64,000 nt of DNA, from NCBI GenBank assembly GCA_038496445.1, contig JALMLS010000175.1:251753-315752 (forward strand). The letters run 5' to 3'. This DNA is from Trichosphaerium sp. ATCC 40318 (taxonomy: Eukaryota > Protista > Tubulinea). Numbering within the stretch: position 1 is the first letter of the stretch; the number at the start of each line of letters is the position of its first letter. The notes beneath the pieces were generated by a model that was given only the letters and a program-made list of their open reading frames with translations, ran no database searches and had not been told where the DNA came from. The translations under genes were made by a program, and so were the position numbers. Positions 1-13,386 of this stretch are shown one piece after another.

Positions 1-925
1 TACGAGCAACGAGCAGTCACGTGGGTGACGTTCTACGTCAGTGTAGTATAAGGAGTCAAATTTTCTTTGTTCTATGTTTAATATGTTATATAGGAAGCCA
101 CCTGCATACCATGACTCTTTAGAAGGGTTTGCGGATGATTCAGTTCGTGAAGTTCTTGAACCAGCGAAAATGAGAGTTCCTGAATTAAAGGTTAGCTCCG
201 CTTTTCCATTTTTAGTCATTTTTGAGTTAACGTGTATTTAGGAAGAGTTAAAAGCACGTGGTCTATCGACAAGAGGAAAAAAGAAAGAGCTGACAAGGCG
301 GTTAAAGCAATCGCTGAGTTTTAGCACTTGCTTTAAGGCTGCGGACGATGGGACTAAAAAAGAAACAAATACAAAAAAATCCAATAATAAGAAAGAAACT
401 AAAAACACTAATCCCTCCTCCGGAGACGCTGCTAAGAAAGTGACAACCTCTTCAAAGCCATCAAATAAAAAGAAAGCGAATACGAGCAGTAACGCCAAGA
501 GTACAACAATTCCTTCAAAAGAGGAACAAAAATCAAAACAACAAAAAAAACCGGAACAGAAACAAATCATCAAATCTAAAAGCAGTGACAATCTTCATCA
601 AATGCTTGATGATAATACAAAGAGTATTATTCCAAAAGAACACAAAGAAGACAATAATGAACACACAGTAGTAACTGAAGAAAAACCACAATTGGAAGGT
701 ATTTTACAGCCGTCGAAAAAAAGAAAAAGAAAAGGAGTTCAACCAACAGGAAATCCTCGGCAACCGATAACTCGTGAGGAATTACAAAACATGTCTGTAA
801 AGCAGCTTAAGTTTCTACTTAAACAAAGAAGCCTACGTCCTCAAGGACGTAAACAAGTACTTATCGGAAGGTTACTGGGTGAGAATAACAGTAACAAAAG
901 ACAAAGAACAAGAAGGAGTCAATAA
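1..925 (+). CDS. Two-SAP-domain protein, 5' end outside the window
   Basis: Spliced MRVPELK|EELKARGLSTRGKKKELTRRLKQ (intron 191-241) and C-terminal LQNMSVKQLKFLLKQRSLRPQGRKQVLIGRL both fit the SAP motif; Lys-rich linker; stop at 923-925. Confidence 0.7.
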
Positions 926-1186
926 CTTTGGAATTTGTGAAAAAAAACTGACTCCGCGCAAATTATGTAACATAAAAATAAAGCTCAAGTACTCCCCTGA
1001 CGTAATAACATAAACAAAATATCTCTCCGTAATACGAAATTGTTCACTCGGTTACTTTTAAGCATTGTGGACGTTGAATTTCTTTGAATGCTGAGAAAAA
1101 AAAAAGATCACGTGATAATTATTGAATAACAAAAAACCTTCACAAACGCTTGACCTCACGGTCATTTTTTTTTGGAGCTGTACCAG

Positions 1187-4100
1187 ATGCAAGCCACTTC
1201 ATTGGAGAGCTTACAAATAACAAAGGCCACAACGGAGTTGCGGTTTATGTACTTTAATGGCCTAATTTTAAAAATACCAACATGAGCTCTAATACCTTTT
1301 TTAATAGAGGTGAGAAATGGGTTGGCGAAAGTATAGATGGAATAGTAAACCTTGTCGCTGCTAATAAACCAGATATTGAGACAATAACTCTAATACAATG
1401 TGGGATACAACAACTTCCTGAAATTGGTATATTAGGACATCTCAGAACAGCTGATTTATCAAACAACTCCTTACAAGTACGTGTACACTTATTTTTGAAA
1501 AATAAATTAATAAACCATACCACGTGATCATGATAGTATCAAAATTAAGCGCATTGCGCTGTAGAAAATCATTAAAGCGACACAATTAAAGAAAAAAATG
1601 ATTTTTCTGCTTGATAAATTTCATCATTTGTTAACAGTCGTTATCTTATCGGTATGTTTACTCATACACTTATAGGGTTTACCAAATAGTTTTGAGCAAT
1701 TAACAAAGCTAGAATCTTTAAATGTATCCAACAACAAATTCGAAAGAGTACCACCAGAGGTAAGCTCTCTCGTAACAGTTTTTAGTAACAAACACAAGCG
1801 CAGTTTTTTATTTATTTTTTAACAGCCTTATATCTTATTCGTAGCTAACGCTGTATAGCTTCTAAGTATCAGTTTAAAGACACTCTATCTACAGGGAAAT
1901 AGTATTTCAAGTACCTTTTACATCACGTGACTCACGCGATATCGAATTAAGACTTTACTTTTAGTGCTTCCACAGTTGTTTGGCGTATACCAAGCAAACC
2001 TTGAAGTTTTGAACCTTGGTAACAATAATCTCGATGATAAGGGGATCATGCCTTTATTTGAGTGTACTAATCTTAAAGTACTTGAGCTTCAGCATAATAA
2101 CATCACGATTGTACCTGAAGAAATCGGTCAACTCGTAAAACTACAAAAGTTTAAAATCAATTCAAACAAATTAACGTATATACCTGAAGCAATTGGAAAT
2201 TTATCGGAATTGGTCGAGCTGGAGGTCCAAGAAAATGAGTTGGGTACGTTAATAACAATAATTAGAATATTAAGAAGGGTATTGGTACTTATTAATTCAT
2301 CAGCGTTCCTTCCTGACAGCCTCGGAAAATTAGAAAAATTAAGTATGTTATACGCAGAATTCAATCACTTGGAAAGCCTTCCTCCTGCTCTTTCGACGCT
2401 AAAGAACTTGTTGTTGCTTATACTAAATCACAATGAATTCAAAAAGATACCAGCAGTCTTACGAAGTCCTTCGTTTCTTAAACAGCTTGTTCGGTACGAA
2501 CATTTGATTATATGAACTGTTTCTCTTGCAAAACAGCTTTGACTTTCAAATTGTTTTCCAAAACGAGAATTTACTTTGATTGAAACACAACAAAAACTCA
2601 TCTTTAATTCTTGCACATGCCGCTCAATTTCGTGTAATAACATGACACTACGTTTCAATGTGCAGACAGTAGACAGTGTAAGAAAAAACAACCAAACTTA
2701 AGCAGATGTTTAGATTATCACTTGACGACAACCCACTACCAACAACAATTCTCCAAAAAATCAGAAAAAATGGTGCTTTAGCTTACCTAAACGAGCGCAC
2801 TTCATATGCAGTATTACGTACACAAAAGGTATCATTAAAAACACTTTGGAAAACAACACTAAAAATCCTTTGTAGTCCCCGAAGTCTCATAGAAGAAGAG
2901 CGAACTCAACTGCTCCAAGAAAAGCGTATACATTACATCCAGAAAGAAGAAGAAAACATACGTTACTTGGCGGTAGTGGTGAATACGAGAGTAGAAGAAG
3001 AAAATTAACTGTTATTGGAACACCTGCAGAGTTCTCAAGACCGAATACTATTTCACGTGGTACTGGACCTTCAAGACCTCCACCTCAAGCACCTGCAAAA
3101 GCTCCACAGTGGAATGATTTCAAAGGATCCTATGAGACTTTTTTGGTACGTCTTTTCTTCGACTGAAAGTCGCTGGTTGTAGTTGACAATATTGGGTGTA
3201 ATTATCGTTTAGAATGATAGAGATTTTTCTGAGAACAGGTTGGAAGAATTGAATCAAATGTCAACAGATAAAAAATGGAATTTTCTAAAAGAGTATAGAC
3301 CATCAGTCACAGGTCTTAAAGCAGTACGTACACGTGTTTAAAAAGTTTGAACATAATATATTAATCTTATTAGGGAGGTGCAGATAATGTAGAATCTAGA
3401 GTCAGAAGACCAACACTCATTGATGAACCTAGTACTACGTTGGTAAAGATTTACCATTTTTTCTTCTTTTTTGTTTTTACCAGAAAATTGTTTTTAACTT
3501 GTTTAGGTTCAAAAAACTCCAGCTGTTACGATGTCAGTACCTCAGATGCTTCAAGGGTAAGTGAAAATAAAATGGTTGATTTGGTATTGACATAAATAGA
3601 CTTGAGAAAACTACACCAATGCCTTTAATGAGAACATTGAAACAAGTTAGATTACTACTAAGTGTACGGATTCTTGTCAAATTGCTGAAAACTCGATCAT
3701 AATTTCTTCGTTTATAGGGTAAGTACGACACAGATATAACCACTTTCCTGGAGGCTGGTATAGCGCCATTATTAAGTGTGAATTTGGAATGCACGCAAAG
3801 GTACACTAGCAAAAAAACCGTTGCTTCATCTGAAAAAACTAAAGACCTCATAAGGCTGCCAGGTGATGCAAAGTATCGAACTCCTTTAATTGATAGTTTA
3901 TATTGCATCCATTATATGTTAGAGGCAAGTTAATATAAAAAATTACAATACCGTACTGACTTATTCTTGATAAAAGTATGCCTTTGGTCAGGTTATAACT
4001 ACAACGAACTTTGCTTTAATTCTGAGCGAGAACTTAAAGTTCCAATCAAGCGCTATTCAACAACTTGCTTTGGAACGTCTTGTACAAGTTGCAGAATACT

Positions 4101-7100
4101 CCACCGCTGGCCATAGGTAACGTCTGATAAAAGTTTCTTTACACGTGAAACTCACGTGATGTCTAGAATGGCTTTAGAAGTTCTTAGCACATACGAACAA
4201 AAATATAGCTCGAAAGGCCGTTTTAGCGTTCTATTTGATATGGTAGTTGCTGATAATTCTTCTGGTTCATTGAAGGCACGTATTTACTAGTTTCTTATTA
4301 ATTTTTCGTAAAGTATGCTCCAGGAAAGTGTTTAGTTTGTAGTGTTAATCAACATCAAATTCTCGTTTTTTTCTTATTATACTCATGAAGTTTAACACTT
4401 GTGATACAGATTTGTGCGTTACATACGATAAATGTAGTTGTGGATGCAGAAGAGGATCTACCGGATAGATTTGATATGCGTGTTGATCTATGCAAGACTC
4501 ATCTTTTACCACAATTGCGACAGGTACCTTCTTTGAAACAAACTGTTTTTGCTTAGCAATGCAGGTTTCTTGCAGTCTTTCTTATTTTTTTTGCTTACTT
4601 ACAGCTAGGAAATCTCGAAATGGGAGTTAGATGCTCGCGAACAACAGCAGTTAGAGTCAGAGATTGATTTTTTCGAAGCAGGTTTTGAAGAAGACTATGC
4701 AGATATGAAAGCCCGAAAGGCTATTCCAAGCTCATTGGTAACAAACTAAATTTTTAGTTTTTTTTGCTTTTTGCTTATACTGTTGTCTTTCAAAGGATGG
4801 TGAGCTCCAGGCTTTGAGTAAGAAGAAGAGAGTACACCAACTAGTTGTTGTTTGTCATGCCAACTTAAAGCTATCGATCCCTTTCAACTCATCAATGACT
4901 GTACGTAGTTAATCATATTCTTGCTTCAAAGGGCGATTCGTACTGATATCCTCATTTATAGCCTGAATCTATTCTTGCCAAAGTACACTCAAAGTACCCT
5001 ATTGACACGCAATATATGTACGATATTTATGTATCACATGAAGACGTGTGGCTTAGTTCTGACAAAGACATCCTGAACAAGCTGAGCGGTGAAGTACGTT
5101 TAATTTGAAGAAAACAACAAAGTTTCATTTCGAAGATTAAGTGCAGTGTTTGAATCTAATCTATTACTTAAGGTACTTTGTGAGTATAAAATGAGAGATT
5201 GGAAACTGCGTGTAAAAAGATCACCACAATCAGCTGCTGAAAAAATAGTTGCAAACCCATCAATGACTGTACAAGAATTAATACAGAGTATATTGAACAA
5301 AAGAAAAAGAACAAAGTCATTGAACAGTACGTGTCAAAGATCACGTGGCAAAAAATATAAAACTTTAAAACCTGTTGACGCTTTCTTTCAGTACATGGTC
5401 GTTTCAAGAGTATCACAAGAAGACCATCTAACTTGGAAGCTGTTGAATATTGTCTTGATTTAATCACAACAAAGTCTAGCATTGGTCTTGAAAGTGATCA
5501 GAAACTATCGGACTTTAGGTCTATGATCGACTTTGATCAATCCCTAAAGATGACAAAGGATTGCCATTTCTTATTACACTCAGCAGGGCACGTCTTTAGG
5601 ACTTCATATCAGACACTATTGAGCACAAACGCAAACAAATGAAAACTAACAAGATTTTTTTAGGAAAGGCTTTGAGCGATACCCATACAAAATACGATAT
5701 GATACTAAGCGTTTTATATACGCACAACCATCTAATCGCGTTGGGGATGTATTCGAAGGCATCATAGAACGACTGAAAAAGAATGGTAATACTGTCAACC
5801 AAAACAACAACTTAACCTTTTTTTCTAGAGGAGTACAATCAAATGAAGGAAGCAAACTACTACCTCGGTCTTGTAACAGAAACAGAAGGTCAATTAGAGC
5901 GTGTTAAAATATTAGACGTTAAACGTAAAATGAGAGAACTTAACTTCAAAGTACGACCAAGAACTCAAAGCGAGTTGACATCACCCTTCCTCTCTGTTCT
6001 AACTTTTTCTCAAAAAAATCAGAATAGCTTCCTTGCTGTTCTTGCAAAGCCACAGAAAATGGAAGTAGCTATAGTACTAAAAGGAGATGCTATGCATGAA
6101 AGCGCAAAGATAAATTCATGTGATGCAGTACAGCTTACTATTGAGACTATTTGTAAACCTGTGAGGCTCGATCCTGCGAATTTTGAATTGTACATGATAT
6201 CTCCAGACATAAAGGGTTCAGGTAACTTTTTTCTTCTTTTCTTTGTCATCTCCAAGCGTTACTCAACTTATTCTTCCCCTATAGAACCTCTTGATAGAGA
6301 TAGATCCCTTTGGGCTCAAGGGTACAACCCAATCACGTGCACAATGCTCATGAGAGGTACGGGTTACTTTTCAGTAGAATGTGTTTTTAATAGTTATTTA
6401 AAGAGATTGTTCGTGAAGAAGGCACTAAGCCTGATGAAGTGACTCCGTCAAAATTTGTTACAGATTTTAATCCAGATAAGTGTGTTTCAGGTACTCTAGA
6501 TGATTTACTCACATACTTGACAACAAACGGTACGAAACTAGACAAACTATTCTGATGTTTGATTTTTCTCTTTTTTTCTGTTTTCTGACAGGATTTTTTT
6601 GTAGGCGATGAGGACTACATACAAACTCTAGCCACAATGTATTATACTTTCACAGATGCACCTACAATTTTAAAAAAGATAAGAGATCGTTGCAATGCCA
6701 AGAATTCACATGTAAAAAAACTAAAAGAAAGAGTACGCCAACCCAGACTTTAAAGTCTTTGATTTGACATTTTCTGTAGGTCACATTGTTTTTGAAGATT
6801 TGGATCGAACAGGATTACAAGTGTGTTATTCCAGCTGTACAAACAGAATTACTAGAATTCACAGCTTCTTTCCTAAGCTTAAATGCACAGAAGCAAATAC
6901 AGGATAGCATGCGACGCACAGAGGTAAAAAAAAAACCAATTGGACCTTTCCTATTTTATTCTGATTTACTACCATAGCAACGACTTCTTAATAGGGTTAA
7001 TGGAAATAAATGCACGTCCGATTTTAAGGTACAAAATGACTAGTTGTACATCAGAAATAACCTTTTTTTGCTTTAAAAACAGCTTGCTACAAAATGCAGA

Positions 7101-8223
7101 GCAAATGGTGGAAAGTTAAGATTACTTGATATTGTACCTTCACGATTAGCATTGCACTTAAGTTACACTTCATTCTTGGACTTGAAACAAATAACTGTAC
7201 GTGAAACGAACTTTGTTCATTAACACTCTTGATCCTATTGTAATTTACATTCTGTTTTAGCCTAAGATGCTGCTTGGTTATAAAGGAGGAAAAAGTGAAA
7301 ATGATCCTTATTTCGGACCTATTAATAGACTTATCAAGTCATTCAATGAGATTATATCTTGGGTTTGTAGTTGTATTTTACTTGAAGAGCAAGTTAGAAA
7401 GAGAGCAGCTATCATGACATATTTTATTACATTGGCACAAGTAAGAGAAATCATCCAACTTTTGTTTTTTCTCAGAAAATGGTCACTTAAGCGTTTTTCT
7501 GATTTGTCTGTTTTAGGAACTACGGGTGCTTAACAATTTTCAAAGTCTTTCAGCTGTTATAGTTGCTTTGAACAGTTCCTCATTACTACGTCTGAAATGG
7601 ACTCGTGGGCGTCTTTCAAACTCTGTTAAGTCGGTAAGTTACTGAAGTTGTCTTTACCTTGTTGTAAAAACTATTTTCTGATTCTTCACTTTCTAGACTT
7701 ACGAGGAGCTTGAAGAGCTTATTTCAATGCTGGATTCTTTTAAAAATTACAGAAAAGTTTTAAAAAAAGCAAAAGGTCCTTCTGTTCCTATGCTGTATGT
7801 GTTTCTAAGCGATTACAAATTGTCATTCTAATTTTTTTCTTAAAAGTGTTACACATCTTAAAGATATGACAAGTGTGGCTGAAGTTGATAATAACCATGA
7901 AGGAAAGATAAACTGGGATAAAAGAAAGAACCAATATAAAATAATCAACGATATCATCAGATTCTCAGATCACTCAGGGTACGACACCATCTTTCAAAAA
8001 AGTTCTTGAAAAAAACCAGAAAAAACATAAGTCACGTAATTGTCACGTGATATTTTTAGCTAATTAATTGATGTATCTAACTTACTATACTAGATATGAT
8101 TATACACCAGTCATGGAGATTAATACGTTCCTTAAGGATGTGCCTGTCCTCACTGAAGATCAACGATACAAAATGTCTCTTCAAAGAGAACCAAGAAAGG
8201 CAGATAGAGCCTCCATAGCTTGA
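1187..8223 (+). CDS. LRR + GBD/FH3 + ubiquitin-like region + RasGEF_N + CDC25 RasGEF (Dictyostelium GefL-like), multi-exon
   Basis: N-terminal LRRs (LxxLxLxxNxLxxLP); MSTDKKWNFL and LHTINVVVDAEEDLPDRFDMRVDL resemble GBD/FH3; CDC25 motifs FNEIISWVCSCIL, NNFQSL, NYRKVL..PSVP, INWDKRK, SLQREPR; stop TGA 8221-8223. Confidence 0.85.
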
Positions 8224-8663
8224 CTCATGGATATACTATCGCTGGGTATGGGATCAAGTTCTGATTCAGATATGATGATGAACTCTTGAAACAACAAAGG
8301 CGATAGTATATTACTATTCGCCTATTTGAGCATGTTGATTGAGGGGTTTCTGTTGATAAAAATAATAAAAAAACATGTAAATAATTACTAAAGAAGAAAA
8401 TAAACAAAAATGACCATAAATATGACCTACAGCACTGATATCGTGAATTAATAATTATTAAAAATACAGTAAACAATACTAACAAAAGAAAGAAACATCA
8501 GCGAGATGAAGAGTTGTGCACAGGCAAAAAGAAAAAGAAAAGGAAAAAGATAAAAGATCGTGTTTTCAGGATTTTTATTTACAATGTAGAAATGATGGTT
8601 TGTTGGATAAAGAAGTACGAGTCCTTGGGTACAAGGAAGGGAAAAAAATGATATGTGCTAAAA

Positions 8664-10223
8664 CTAACATTTACAATCATCGCTATCCTCTGGATGACCC
8701 TTAGATGTATCCTTCTAAGCAAACAAAAGTTAGTAAACTATTTTTTTTGTCGTTGCTTGGCAACACTTGCAAGCGAGCGTAGTGAGGTTTTTTGTGATTT
8801 TTGCAAAAAAATAACGCACAGGTGGTGTTGGGGATGGTGATGTTTTTCTTAATACTCCACCTTCAGGTGTTATATCAACTCTACAAGAAGAACAATTAAC
8901 AGAAGAAAAAAATAAACAAAAAAATGGCGCCATACTCTCCACTGACAACACGTTGGTGTATGATTGACGCTGTTTTTAAAAAGGCTTCTTCTACTGAGGA
9001 ACCACTATTAACAAAGTGAGTAACTAGACAACATTGTAATCAAACCAAAAAACAATTTTTTTTTTTTTGAATTGAAATTTTTTTTATCTAAGCCTTTAAA
9101 ACACACGCACGTCTTTGCACTTGTCTCTATAAAAATCAAACCTACCGAGAAAATAAATCTTAGAAAAATTTGAAAGGACACCAAGAGAGAAAAACAAAAA
9201 AAAAAGAAAAAAAATAACCATACCATTTTCTTGTGCGAACTCGCTTGCTTCATTGTACGATACATCACGCTGACCTTCAAGATCTTTTTTATTTCCTACA
9301 CATACAATATAAGCATAAAAACCCAATAACACTAATAAAAAAAGGCATAACGCCCAAAGAGGCCGATATTTCAACTCGGAACAAAAACCCAAGAAAAAAA
9401 CCATCAAAATGTCAACCCCGAAAAAAATCTGCGTGAAAGTGCTTTACCTATTAGCATTATGACAGTATTAGGGTTTGTAAGATTTCTCGCATCCGTTAGC
9501 CAACTTGTAAGGTGATTAAATGTGGCACGCCTTTACAAACGAAATGTCAGTAGATTGCTAAATAACTCGTCCTTGGTAGGTTCCTGTGTAGCACAGACGC
9601 CATTTTTACGTTTTTCTTTCTAGAAAAGCCATTGTGGCATTTTTTCAAATAAATCAACGGTAACCTTCATTGACGACGCTTGTATTTAGCGTTTTACGTA
9701 AAATACAAATTCTTTCGTACCGTGTTGTATCGTAAACAAGCAAAGCGCCTGCAGCACCTCTATAGTAACTTCTAGTAACAGCACTACGTTTATAAATGAG
9801 ATTTAAGGACAACATAAAAAGTTTGATTACCGAAATCGTTCCTGACCCGCTGTGTCCTATAAAAAAATAAATAAATGACTATGGTAACGCGTAATGTACC
9901 CAAATCTGCAGCTTTATTTTTTTTTGTTCAACGTCAACAAGACGCGTACCAAATTCTACGCCTATAGTATGAGGTGAATCAGCTATGACTATTATTGTAA
10001 AGGATAAACACAGCGCAAGAGTACAACAAAAAAAAAAAACTCAAACGAAGAGGATACACCGCGATTCGGTAAATCTATGCAACAAACAAGATTTCCCGAC
10101 ACCCATATCGCCTAGAAAGCCAATTAGCATTTTACTCCGAAACAATAATAGTCAAAACAACCACAAATCCCGTTTCGTACCAATGATGATGTACTTGAAG
10201 ATATACTCATACTGCACATTCAT
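8664..10223 (-). CDS. RAB14: Rab14 small GTPase, multi-exon
   Basis: [15 protein letters not shown]|[69 protein letters not shown]; CKC-stop prenylation motif ending at 8664. Confidence 0.93.
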
Positions 10224-10384
10224 CTTTTTTTGCTAATATTGAATTCTCAACTAAACTATTTGACCAAAACTGAATTTGACTAAAAAAAGCTCTCGCCAGG
10301 TATAGAAGGAATCGTAAGTTGCGTAAAAGACTTGATTGGCTATAATTACATTACATCAATCGTTGTACATTAGTGTCGGTTGGT

Positions 10385-11242
10385 TTAATTCCAAGCTATG
10401 CCTAGTTCATCAAAAGCTTCTGTCGTGAGGTTGCTCTCTTGAAAAGGATCCCATATTTCTATTGATTGCAAAGAAGTCATGTATTTTAAACACATGTTTG
10501 TGATCCTCGTAGAGACGATATCAAGAGCAAGGTGTTCAAGATTAACCAATGTCTTTAAACCTTCATCTGAAACATTATTGCAAGAAGTCAAATGGAGGCG
10601 TTTGACGTTAGTCAATGACTTGATTCCATCATCTGTTACTATCTTACTAGTATATCTACCAGTTATCTTAACTGTATGTACATTACAAAGATGTTTAAGC
10701 CATTCATCAGGAGGATTTCCCAGTGTAATTTTATGGACATCTGTGAGTGACTTTATTCCATCTACTGTTACAGTCTTTTCAGAACCAATAAGGTTGATCG
10801 TATGGACATGTTGTAGAGCCTTTAATGACACATCAGTTATAGATGAACCTGCCAAGTTAATGCTATGTATAGTACTCTTTCCTCCTCTTAGTAGTGCCAG
10901 GATTCCTTCGTCTGTTATTGATGTATTTTCAAGACCGATAGTATGAACTCCAGAGAGGCAAGACAAGTCGTAGTCTGCAAGTGTCAGGTAGCAGCAATTG
11001 ATCTTAGTGTTTTTAAGCAATGGGCTACCTTGTAGAGCAGCGCAATCTGATGGTAAAATCATTTGTAAGCGAACTAAACCAATGTTATGCCGAATGATGT
11101 CATTAAAAAGATGTGAGACTTCAGAAGCTCTAATACGGTGTTTTCTTTGTTGCAAAAATTGTAGAATATGTGTTACTGCCTCTGGTGGCAACTCTGGAAT
11201 AAACTCAATATGATTCATGCCTATACAACGCTTGGACGACAT
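10385..11242 (-). CDS. F-box/LRR protein (copy 1), intronless
   Basis: F-box ELPPEAVTHILQFL...SEVSHLF followed by ~22-aa LRRs of the type GVHTIxL..ITDEGIxxL. Confidence 0.85.
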   Translation of the reverse strand: MSSKRCIGMNHIEFIPELPPEAVTHILQFLQQRKHRIRASEVSHLFNDIIRHNIGLVRLQMILPSDCAALQGSPLLKNTKINCCYLTLADYDLSCLSGVHTIGLENTSITDEGILALLRGGKSTIHSINLAGSSITDVSLKALQHVHTINLIGSEKTVTVDGIKSLTDVHKITLGNPPDEWLKHLCNVHTVKITGRYTSKIVTDDGIKSLTNVKRLHLTSCNNVSDEGLKTLVNLEHLALDIVSTRITNMCLKYMTSLQSIEIWDPFQESNLTTEAFDELGIAWN

Positions 11243-11521
11243 ATTTGATGACGTTAACGGATTTGTTGACCTTATTAGACATTGGCTATGATATTTTTTG
11301 GGCCAAAAGTTGTTGGGGAAAAAATCAGGTGTAAGTTTTGCCGTTGTTTTTTGTATAATTGCTTTCCAATTTTACAGTATAAAATGTACAAGCAAAATTA
11401 GTGTTAAGCATCTTTACCAAAAACGTAGGGTATAAACGTGTGATTGTTATTTAATTTATTACAATACAGCGAAGGCTTTCTGCTATTGACAACATGTACA
11501 AAGTTTAACTGATAATTAATG

Positions 11522-12819
11522 TCAAAAATACTCTTCAGCTGTAGAGTACTCACCACGTTCTCCTATAAAATAACATCCAATGTGTACAACATCAGCATTA
11601 AATCTTGTAGTACTATTACCACCATATACCCAGTTTTGACATCTTAAGAGCTCCTCTATATCTTTATCTCTCTTGTGTTCTTTTGTCTCCAAAGAAATAT
11701 TATCAGGATAATCAATATTTATCTCACTATCATCATCATCTATGTATGAGTCGCTATAAGTCACATCAGCATCCCATATTGTGTAAACGAATTCTGTCTC
11801 ATTAGGACATCTCATTTCGTGGTATTGTGCGCATGTAGTACACATTATTCCTCTCTCACATCCAAAGCAAAAACGCCCTTGTTGGCCTATAGTTTGATAA
11901 GTGTTTCAAGGTTAGACGTCTTATATGAGATGACGTACTCTTGCATTCAACACAACACATCTCTAAGCACACGCTACATTCAGTATGCTTTTTAATCATG
12001 GGTTTCTTCTTGTAGCATGCATAACACCTAAACCAATCTTTTGTGATTCTTTTCTTAGATGTTTTCTTTGTTTCAGGTGTTAACACGTCATACTCAGGCG
12101 ACTCTGGATCTGTTTGTGGTTCAGTACGCGGTTTTGTAGGTGGCTCTGCAGTTGGACGAGGAATTACAGGAGAGATAGTGTTTGGTGTTGGAGGGTTTTT
12201 AGGTGGTTCGGTTATTGACAGTTTTGTAGCTGGTGGCGCAGTTGTTGCAAGTGTAATCACATGTTCAGATTCTGTGGCAAGGTTGTCTTTGATAGGACCA
12301 TTATTTTCGTCCTGCTCGGAATATGGTGTATGTTGGTCATTAGAACTTTCTGCAGTACATTCATTTGAATATGAAGTAGTTTGCCCACAATCACAGGTCT
12401 TTTCAGATACTGAAACTGTCAACATTGGCTTCTTACTGCGTATGAAAATTTTATCCCTTCGTAAAGTAAATTGTTTGTCAAGGTCAGAGTAAAACGCCAA
12501 TAGGTTCGCCTACAAAAACGTTATACAACACCACGTGGTTATTATTTTGAACCTTGCGTTCGTTGACAGCCTGATAAGCATCTTGTACGCTATTAATGGC
12601 CACGTCAGTGTATTGTCGATGATTTTGATCAGGTGTTACAATACAAGACAAGGATAAAGCTAAATCTTCATAATCGCGATTGTATAGCCATGCTTCGCAC
12701 GCTCGTTGTACTGAACTGCATCTTGAAACGTTTTCAAGCTGTTGTCGTTCTGTATTCGTTAAATGATTCCAACGGTACAATAATTGTATCAACACAGAAG
12801 CTAGTGCATTCAAATCCAT
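11522..12819 (-). CDS. Orphan protein: helical N-terminus, Pro/Thr linker, Cys-rich putative Zn finger; two introns
   Basis: Three ORFs join through GT-AG introns (tttgtag|gcgaac; gtacgt..ctaac..ctatag|gc) giving CYAC..CSVC..CCVEC..CFGC..CTTC. Confidence 0.65.
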
Positions 12820-13070
12820 TGTCGATTGACCTATGTCAGATTTTCTGGGAAGGTGAAAGAAATTTTCGAGTTTTTATTCACAGAAATGCACAAAAATTGT
12901 CAGCATTTTTGTTATGTAGTTGATTATTAATTGTGCGTGTTTACTTCTTTGTAGTAGCAAAATAATGCTGTTGCATCCTTTGTGTGGTTTTTACAAATTT
13001 ACACTGTAGTATAAGGGAGTACTACATCGGAAAGTATTGTACAATACCACTTCAGTAAAAACATAAGGTA

Positions 13071-13142
13071 TGAGCCTAGAGGGAATCGAACCCCCACCCT
13101 ACTGCGTGCAAGACAGTCGTCATGCCATTAGACCATAAGCTC
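13071..13142 (-). tRNA. tRNA with anticodon TGC (Ala) and atypical acceptor stem
   Basis: GAGCTTA/TAGGCTC acceptor, D arm GTC..GAC, anticodon arm ACTGT-CTTGCAC-GCAGT, T arm GGGGG-TTCGATT-CCCTC, A73; T-run Pol III terminator downstream. Confidence 0.85.
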
Positions 13143-13386
13143 TTTGATACATGCAACAAGTACACCTCCGTGTCCACCGATAAAAAGAAACTGAGATGAG
13201 AACTCATAACCAGATATTTTCAGAGAATCATTAACGTTCATCACGAAGAGTACAATGCCCAATATGATTAAAATGTTACATGTTTATTTAATTTACAACT
13301 TTGGTGTTCTTGTTGGTAAAGCTGTTTTGTAAGTCTTTTTTTATGTAGGATACTTACGTAGATTCCAAAAAAAAAAGTAAAACAAT

